DNA of 63,231 bases, the filler included, from Craspedostauros australis (lineage: Eukaryota), in assembly GCA_030167865.1 (NCBI GenBank). It is 14 parts of 14 records of this genome, joined end to end, with 100 filler letters (N's around TTAATTAATTAA, not from the genome) between each part and the next. Parts side by side here need not be neighbours in the genome. Positions count along the whole stretch, not along the records: positions 46,634 to 61,014 come from JALAGF010001085.1; 13 more parts are not named here. The stretch is one strand, 5' to 3'. A program made the position numbers and the translations under genes. Of this stretch, positions 47,529 to 55,800 are shown piece by piece; within the stretch, counting starts at the first letter, position 1, and the number at the start of each line of letters is the position of its first letter. The notes beneath the pieces are model-generated. The model had not been told where the DNA came from. It made no database searches and was given only the letters and a program-made list of their open reading frames with translations.

Positions 47529-48459
47529 CTCGACACCAGATCCTACATCGTTGAATTCCCTGATGGTGTGGAGAAAGAATACACCGCAAACATCATCGCT
47601 CAGAACATGTACGCCCAATGTGACCAGGACGGAAATCAGCTGCTGCTGATGGATGACATCATCAACTACAAGAAGGAGGCATCGGCGATTTGTGAAGCCG
47701 ATGGGTATGCCATGATCGGTGGGAGACGGCATCGGCGACGCACGACGCGAGGTTGGAAGCTATGTATCCAATGGAAGGACGGGACAACCACGTGGGAACG
47801 CCTGGCCGACCTGAAAGAATCCAATCCGATCGAGGTGGCTGAATATGCAATCGCACAGGGCATCGCGAATGAGCCAGCATTTGCATGGTGGATTCCATAC
47901 ACCATTCGAAAGCGGAACATCATCATCGCGAAGGTCAACAAGCGGCAACTCAAGAAGACACACAAGTTCGGCATTGAGGTTCCTCGAACGGTCGAGGAAG
48001 CATTGGCGCTTGATCGGAAGAATGGCAATACCCTGTGGAAGGATGCCATCGCGAAGGAGATGAAGAATGTCAGAATTGCTTTCCAAGTCTTGGAACAAGA
48101 CGAGGAGGTGCCGAAAGGGTACCAATTCATGAAATGTCACATCATCTTCGACGTGAAAATGGATTCCTTTCAACGGAAAGCTCGGCTGGTAGCCGGGGGA
48201 CACATGGTGGACACACCAGCAGCGATGACATACTCCAGTGTGGTATCAAGGGAGAGTGTACGGATTGCGTTGACGATTGCTGCACTCCACGATCTGGAGG
48301 TTCAGGCAGGGGACATTCAGAATGCGTACCTCACTGCACTGTGCAAGGAGAAGGTGCGAACAATATGCGGACCGGAATTCGGAGCTCTACAAGGGAGGCA
48401 TGCACTTATCGTGAGGGCGTTGTATGGATTGCCAAGCGCTGGGGCGAGCTTCCGGAACC

Positions 48460-48667
48460 TATTAGAGCACTATCGTAAAAAATCACGAGGGGTGAGCAAA
48501 AGCAAAGTACCATGCCGGGATTCGAACCCGGAACCTCAGTGAGAATTACTGGTGCTCTACCGTTGAGCTACAGGCGATGCGATTGCTGAACCGAACACAA
48601 GTGAAATTTACAGATAGTGGGGGCTACGGGAGTAACGTACTTAGCACTATACGGATTTGTGCTGATA
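48460..48667 (-). mobile_element. 208-bp non-coding insertion with an internal tRNA-like cassette and 5-bp TSD (GAACC)
   Basis: TSD at 48455-48459 and 48668-48672; the empty site restores GASFRNHLADC; termini TATTAGAGCAC / GTGCTGATA. Confidence 0.93.
48507..48577 (-). ncRNA. tRNA-like sequence (pseudo-tRNA; nominal anticodon TTC, non-canonical loop)
   Basis: D arm GCTC-AACGGTA-GAGC, anticodon arm CAGT-AATTCTC-ACTG, T arm CCGGG-TTCGAAT-CCCGG; intact A and B boxes; poorly paired acceptor stem and no U33; T-runs downstream. Confidence 0.8.
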
Positions 48668-48957
48668 GAACCATTTGGCGGATTGCATGCGCGAATTGGG
48701 GTACACTTCGTGCACAGCGGATCCAGACCTATGGATGAAGGAGGCCGTGCGACCGGATGACGGGTTCCGATACTACAGCTACGTACTGCTGTACGTTGAT
48801 GATGCACTGGTCATCCACCACGATGCCAGTCGGTGCCTACACGAGATCGATTGGTTCTTCAAGATGAAACCGTCATCGATGGGAGACCCAGATTTATACC
48901 TCGGTGGCAAGCTGCGACAGGTGGAATTACCAAACAATTTGATTGCGTGGTCGCTGT

Positions 48958-49714
48958 TGTTGGAAATCCGGGGTAATGGTAGTAGACTAATCTGTTATCA
49001 ATCTGTACCGTTTTAGAACTGTGAGAACAAACTCCTTGACTCTCTTCAATTCCAATTCAACAGCAAGTGTAATCCATAGCAGATCACCATGATCATGCAC
49101 TTGTTCATGGTTGCTTTCATCTGCTTCATCACCTTGCTCTCATGCTCTCTCCTGCAGATTCGTCATGCATTATCGTGGTAGTTTGCACCTTCATCATTCG
49201 AGCAGCATCTCTCATAGACGCACAGATACCTTCAGCATGGGTCTCAGCCTGATCGATCCCACATGATCCTCAGTTCTTCAGTATTCCTCCTGCGCTATCA
49301 TCACATACTCACCGGTCATGTTCATTGCATGTCGCGTCGTCATTCGTGCTCTTGAGCGGATAGGGGGATCGCTTCCGTTTCTCTTTCTCAAAGAAGCAAT
49401 CCCTTGTCCCTCAATGCGCGTCGACATGTCTAGTATATATCGACGGTGTCGCCCATAGTCTTGGCTCATGTGCGAATACATCCCTAGTGGTCGAACCATA
49501 GGTTCGCCCTCATTTCAGTGGTGGTACATGGATAGGCTCCATGGCGGGACATGACTGATGTTGATGTCATTCATGGACAGAGGAGTAAAGGGGGACAAGC
49601 TACAAGGTAGTCCGAGTGTGATCAACAATGTTGATTCCATTGAGTCGTGAAAATATTATTGGGAGGTGCGGCAATCATGGGTATCTTGGTAAAAGCGTTC
49701 CCTGATTCCTGACA
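48958..49714 (-). mobile_element. LTR family A solo LTR (757 bp) with 6-bp TSD CGCTGT
   Basis: TG...CA termini; TSD at 48952-48957 and 49715-49720; the empty site restores AWSLSSSKYAQEA. Confidence 0.93.
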
Positions 49715-50738
49715 CGCTGTCATCGTCGAAGTATGCCCAGGAGGCGGTCCGCAATGTGCGGACATTTGTGGAACCGCGACAACTGAGGATACCGAAGCGA
49801 TGCAGCGCACCATTTCCCCGGGAATATCGCCCGGAGATGGACCAAACGGAGGAACTGGATGAAGAGCAAGCTTCATTCTATCAATCTCAGATCGGAGTGC
49901 TGCGGTGGATCGTCGAACTGGGAAGGGTTGACATCATTGTGGAGGTTTCGATGCTGTCATCGCATGTGGCAATGTCGAGAGAGGGGCATCTCGATGCGCT
50001 GCTGCATGTGTTTGGATATCTGAGCAACCGACACAATGCACGAATGGTGTTTGATCCAACCTATCCGGTCGTTGATGCCAACGCATTCAGGGATGAGAAC
50101 TGGGACAATTACTATGGGGACGCGAAGGAGCCGATCCTGCCAGACGCACCACCAGCACTGGGAAAGGACGTGGACATCCGGATGTTCGTCGATTCCGACC
50201 ATGCAGGTGAGCGGAGAACGCGGAGATCAAGGACAGGCTTCATCATCTACATCAACATGGCACCGGTGACATGGTTCTCAAAGCGGCAGGCCACCGTGGA
50301 GACGTCTGTGTTCGGGGCTGAGTTTGTGGCAATAAAACAGGGAATGGAGGCACTACGTGGACTGCGCTACAAGCTACGGATGATGGGAGTGAACATATCA
50401 GGACCGTCAATGGTGTATGGGGACAACATGTCGGTGATATACAGCACGTCACGTCCAGAGTCGACACTGAAGAAGAAGTCCAACTTGGTGTGTTACCACG
50501 CGGTGCGCGAATCAGTTGCAATGAAAGAAATGGTGACTGCCCACGTTCCATCCATCACGAATCCGTCGGATCTATGCACAAAGGTCATGACCGGAGGACA
50601 GAAGCGGGACGGTCTGGTGGGCATGGTGCTATACGATATCTGTGACGAGCATAGCCCAGATGGATAGAGCATGCGTCTGGACAAGCAATAGCAGAACCGA
50701 AGACGCCATGACAGCTGAGGATATCATGCCGAGGGGAC

Positions 50739-51164
50739 TGAATCGGATCGGTCAAAATGCCAGATGGAAGATAGAGCGGTGTCCACAAAAGACCCCAATC
50801 TTTTGTGCACGCACTGCGAACACGTAACGAGAGTTTTCACCCAGGCATTGCGCCACGGTTTCTCTCATACTTTTACGACACCCTTCTCGTGTCACACACA
50901 CCCTTCTCTTTTCTCAACGCATCTTGTCTCATCGCCCAGCTGTGTTCGCACGCAAGTACAATTGCACCACCGGATTGCTTGAAAAGGGAAGCGGCAAGTT
51001 GGACTGGACCGAGTCATGACACTCACTGCCCCATTCCCTCGCTCTCGTGACTCACTCAGCCTCGCCGAAACAACTCATCCCAAACGTGCGCCAAAGCTCC
51101 TTCTTCTCGATGTCACACCCAATCTTGCACACATCAAACATTGTATTCGTTGATCCTCAATTCA
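50739..51164 (+). mobile_element. 3' LTR of the CoDi element
   Basis: Follows PPT-like GAGGGGAC; inverted termini TGAATCGGATC...GATCCTCAATTCA. Confidence 0.7.
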
Positions 51165-51275
51165 GCCCCCAGCGTGGATACAACACGATCAACAAGAGAA
51201 GGAGTACTCTCACTGGTATCATAGAATACTATTCGAATACGATACAAGCGTGTTGCTATCATCGCTTGCAGCACC

Positions 51276-52496
51276 ATGGACAGCTCAAGTCCCGCAGATG
51301 GCGCAGGTTCTTCCACGCCAGCATCGAACTCAACGAGCAGCAACAGCGGCAGCGACAGCGGCAGCGACAGCACTCGACGACCATCGCGTTGGAGATCAGC
51401 CATAGACAAGGCGTTGCCCGAGAACAACCGCAGCGTCAACGACATATCACCTTTGAAATCTCCCAACATTCTGGCCATCCTCACGGGATCAGGTTCGGCA
51501 GAGGCATCGTCGATGGCGGCGTCGCAGCAAAAGCAACAGCAGCAGCAAGGGAAGGAGTCTCAGTTATCGCTGGACTCCGTGCTCTCGGCCTTTCAGACGG
51601 GAACCCTGGGCGACTACATCTCGCAAGAGATCGATGCGGCGACCTACAAGATGGGGCTCGCCACGATGGAACATTCAATGACGATGGCGGCAGGAGTGCT
51701 GTTCGGCGCTGCGCTGTCCACGGGCATCATCTTGGGCGCTCTGGTGGTGATCGGCGGGTCCTCGTTTCGCGCTGCCGAACGTGATCCCGCTCTTGATGGA
51801 TCGACGCAACACTTCGGTGGTCAGCTGGCAAGTGGGAAGGAGGGATCCTCGTTTCAGCTCGTCTGGCCATTTGAATCATTTCTGCGATGGTACCACCGTT
51901 GCTTCCGACCTCGACCAAGGAGCTCATCGTTGGCCCGCAAAGGGTTGTCACCTCGTCGATTGGACGGTGCCGTGCAAGCGTCCGACGCGCAACCTCATGC
52001 CAATCATTCCACCACACCTTCATGCGACGAATCAACGAACGGATACACTGTCCTGATGTCATCGGGACCGACACCGCATCCACCATCAGCGTCAACCCAA
52101 GTGTCAACACCGGGACCAACACCCGCGGCACATTCCAAGCTCATTCTCTTTGCTTGCAAGCTCCACGATGCGAAGGGAAAGTCGGCGGACGAGCAACATC
52201 AAGAGTGCATCGCCATGGTCGCATCCAAGCTGGAATCGTACCGAAGCGGCGCCGATTGGGCAAATGTGCGACGTCTCATGGTCCATCTGGTGGAGACTCA
52301 CGATGTCACTGGCAACACGGGCACGGTGGATTCCGCTTCCAACTTTCGCGATCGTTTGCGTACCGCAGTGCAAGTGAGCGGATCTGCAGCACCGCAGGCA
52401 GACGTAGACGATCTATTCGCGCTCACCATCGTCTATGTTACCCGGCTGGAGAGCAAGGACTCCGTCGTTGAAATCGAGGTCATGGCCAACATATAG
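51276..52496 (+). CDS. Membrane protein with a C-terminal YjgF/Rid-like domain
   Basis: Disordered N-terminus, one long hydrophobic segment (AAGVLFGAALSTGIILGALVVIGG), C-terminal EQ..EC......L...GA.W.NV..L.V.L...T.V.V..L......VEIEV.A pattern. Confidence 0.7.
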   Translation: MDSSSPADGAGSSTPASNSTSSNSGSDSGSDSTRRPSRWRSAIDKALPENNRSVNDISPLKSPNILAILTGSGSAEASSMAASQQKQQQQQGKESQLSLDSVLSAFQTGTLGDYISQEIDAATYKMGLATMEHSMTMAAGVLFGAALSTGIILGALVVIGGSSFRAAERDPALDGSTQHFGGQLASGKEGSSFQLVWPFESFLRWYHRCFRPRPRSSSLARKGLSPRRLDGAVQASDAQPHANHSTTPSCDESTNGYTVLMSSGPTPHPPSASTQVSTPGPTPAAHSKLILFACKLHDAKGKSADEQHQECIAMVASKLESYRSGADWANVRRLMVHLVETHDVTGNTGTVDSASNFRDRLRTAVQVSGSAAPQADVDDLFALTIVYVTRLESKDSVVEIEVMANI

Positions 52497-52857
52497 TATA
52501 GTACCCGCATAGAGAACAAGCGTGGACGAAGGGGAATACGTGGAATGGTGCTGCTGTTCCACTGGGTTGCAATTGCGATACCTCCTTTTCGGAAAAAGAA
52601 CTCTCACGCATGTGAGCATTATCATATAATACATGTTTAGAGTCGATATTCTTGAACATTATAATTATACAGCTGTTTATGAATACTGAGTTACTAGTAC
52701 AGTCCATTTGGATTGCAGTTTGAGCACAGCAGCGGAACACCGCGGTTCTTCATTGTTTGCGATTGGGGCGGAGACGAAAGATCATCGAGCACTCCAATGC
52801 AAAGGCTCTCCGCTGTTCTTTCCAACCGTGCCTCTCGCACGCAGCAAGCATGAGCGA

Positions 52858-55800
52858 TCAGATGTCGCTTGGGCGCAGCTCGTAGCTTTCTTCATCAGAG
52901 TCAGAGTCGTAATTGGATTCCGCTTCGTCGTATTCATAGGATTGGGCGTCCGGTTCTTCATCGAACTTCTCGGGCTCGATCAGCGAGCCATTCTCCCATT
53001 TGCCAGACCTCATCAGGCTGCCATCAGCTCTGTACTCGGTCCCATGCCCGTGCCGGACACCATTCTTCCAGGCACCAACGTACTTGCCTCCGTTCGGCCA
53101 CGTCAGTGTGCCCTGACCCTCGATTTGATCCTTGCGGAAGTCGCCGACGTAAACAAGCGCGGAGTTGCCGAATCGGTACGTGCCGTTGGAACCGTGACGC
53201 ACGCCGTGGGCGAACTTGCCTGAGTAAGTGGATCCATCCTCGTACATCATGGTGCCCTCCAGCTTCACATTCTTCTCGAACAGACCTTCGAAGCGACGGC
53301 CGTCAGGAAAGTCCAACGTCCCGTGTCCGTTCTTCATGTTTTGAGAGAAGAAACCCTTGTACGTCGCACCGCTCCAGTAGCAGCTCTGCCCGAAGCCATT
53401 CTTGACGCCATGGACGAACTGCCCCTTGTACCACCGCAGTTGAAAATCGTGGTTCTTCGCTAGGTCCTTCAAGTGCTTCGGATTTCGCTTCTGCTGTGAT
53501 GGTCGGTCGAGGTACTGGAGCTTGCCGTGTCCGCATGGTTTGCCGCTCTCCTCGGACAGCATGCCCGAATACTTCATCCGAAGGCCGGTCTCGTCGTCGT
53601 CATATTCCATGTCATTCACCATGATCCTGTCATCGTCCAGATCCTGCGGTTCGATGGGGCGTTGCATGATGTCGAGAGAAAGCAGGAGAGTCTTGGATTC
53701 CAGCTCCTGCTGACCCTCCGGCAACGATCCCATGGCGCTCCAGCTGCGCTCCGTGCAGGATCGGTTCGTCCGTTCCGTCCTCTGCGATGGGCTGGTCGGG
53801 ACGAACTGATCTCCGCGCAGATTCAATGAGACGCTTCGTGTGGTGTGCTCCGTCTCCTCGTAGTGGAGGGAGAAGTAGCTCGAATCAACTGAGCACTGCG
53901 ACGCGCAATTGTCATCGTCATCGGTATTGTCGTCGTCATTGTTGTTGGCATCATGTTTGCCGTGAGCACTTCGAAGACCATCATAATCATCATCATCGAC
54001 GTCGTCATCGTTGACTTCGCTATCGCTCTCCTCCTGATCGTTGATGGTCTCGTCTTCGTCTGAATCTTGCATCACCTCGTGCCGAGGAGACATGTCGGCG
54101 CCAGGCGATCCGTCTACGCGACCTGTATCACCGAGATCATCGCGGCTGAGATCATGACAGTCTTCATCCTTTTCGCAATCCTCATGCTGGTACTTTGACA
54201 AATTCAGTTCGTACTCATCCTGCGAATCTTTCATCATGACGATGAATCGGTCCAGGGACAGCGAGGTGGTTCTGCTGCCATCGTTCAAGGATTCGACGTC
54301 CGAAAATGATGCATCTGCGAGCGCTTTGAAGACATCATCGCAATCACGCATGCTGGCGTGTTGGATGACTTGGAACAGGTAGGTGTGAGAGAGGTCACAC
54401 TCCAGCTGCTTCCGATGCCGTTGGAATCTTCGAGTACCCTCATCGCGGCCACCGCTACTCTTCGCCTTCGGCTTGCTTTCTGACACTTGAGAATTTGCTC
54501 CCAATTCCTTCAACGACGATTCGACGTGATCTTGGATTTCTTTCAAGATCGAGGGGGGCTGTTCCTCCGAATCGCGATCATCCTCCACTGAGCCATTCAG
54601 GCCGATCGCTCTTGACGATGTGGACTTTTTGCGCTGTCGCGTTTCCGAACGCCCTTTCCTTTCTTCCTTTCTGCTCATGTGCTTCGTCATCTTCATGTCG
54701 TTCTTTTCCGACGTCTGCGACTGTCGTCGGCGTTGCTGTTCGGCGGCGTCCTCTTTGTCCACCTTTTTCCCGTCGTGTTGCTGACCCTTCGACTTCTGCG
54801 TGTGTTCGGCTGAGACCGCACGCGCGAGGCGCTCGTTGAGTGCCTGCAGCAGGACGAGCAGTTCATTCTTGCTGACGGCGTTCACATTCTCGCCGTCCTT
54901 CGTGTCTGCGCCAAGGTCGCCAATCTCGTCGTTGCTCTTTGCCATGTGCGCAGCAAGACCAATCGATGTGCCTTCGGCTTTCGCAGCGACGGCATTTTGC
55001 AACTGGAAGATCGAGCTTTCCGAGTTGGATCGATGCCTTGCATAGACGCGTCTGCGCAGATCAAGCAGCGAACCCTGCCCTGGCAAGCCCCTGGCATTCG
55101 TCCTGTGCAGGCTTGTGCCGAGATTGCTGGATGATGGGCCAGCCATGGAGTCCATCGACGCTCGTCTGGGAATCCTTCGACGCGACAACGATGAAGATCT
55201 CGACCGTTGCTGCTGCTGCTGTGGTTGGCGCTGCTGCGATCGCGATCTTGTTGGAAACGGCGCTCTTCGGAACCTGGGCTGATGCGGGCTTTGCTGTGTG
55301 AAGAGGGAGTTGACTCGCTTGAGATCCGCCAACGAGCCTTCCGAATTGGACCGCTTGATCGGAGCCAGAGGCATGTCCGCCTCATTCTTGTTTCTGTCTG
55401 ACACATTCGCGGGTGACGAGGAAGTGAAGGATTGGAAGGCAGGCGGTGCTCCTGATGTGGTGGTGGTATTGATGGTGTCCATGGAGGAACGTCGTGGGCG
55501 TCGATGCTGGCGCCGTGCCTTGGAGGAGTGCGAGCTGCTTCTTCCGATTGGCTGCTGTTGATGCTGCTTTTGTGGCTGTTCTGACTGCTGTTGCCGCCCG
55601 GTGCTTGCTTCGTCGCGCTTGTGAGAAGCAGAGGGCATCAAGCTTCTTGTCGAGGCGGCCATCTTTGTCGACGTGTGTTGCATGCGGCGTCGGCTGTGCG
55701 ATGATCTGTCGACCTCCTCCTTGGTGAGATCGTCGCTGCTGTTGCTGCGTTGAACCGAAGGCTCTGTTGTGGACGCCTTGTCATCGGTGGTTGCGGTCTT

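Larger units (their letters stand above)
47529..50667 (+). mobile_element. CoDi-type Ty1/copia pol (chromo-like region, RT, RNase H) split by two insertions
   Basis: LDTR.Y.VEF.DG, TT.GWKLC.QWKDG..TW, HKFGIEVP, KARLVAGGH, DIQNAYL, ALYGL, LYVDD, FVDSDHAG, SVFGAEF, YGDN; removing 48460-48672 and 48958-49720 restores one open frame. Confidence 0.97.

Noticed and set aside
48507..48577. Functional tRNA-Glu gene or classical tRNA-SINE
   Set aside because: The acceptor stem is mispaired and the anticodon loop lacks U33 and purine 37; the cassette is internal to a TSD-bounded element with no tail.
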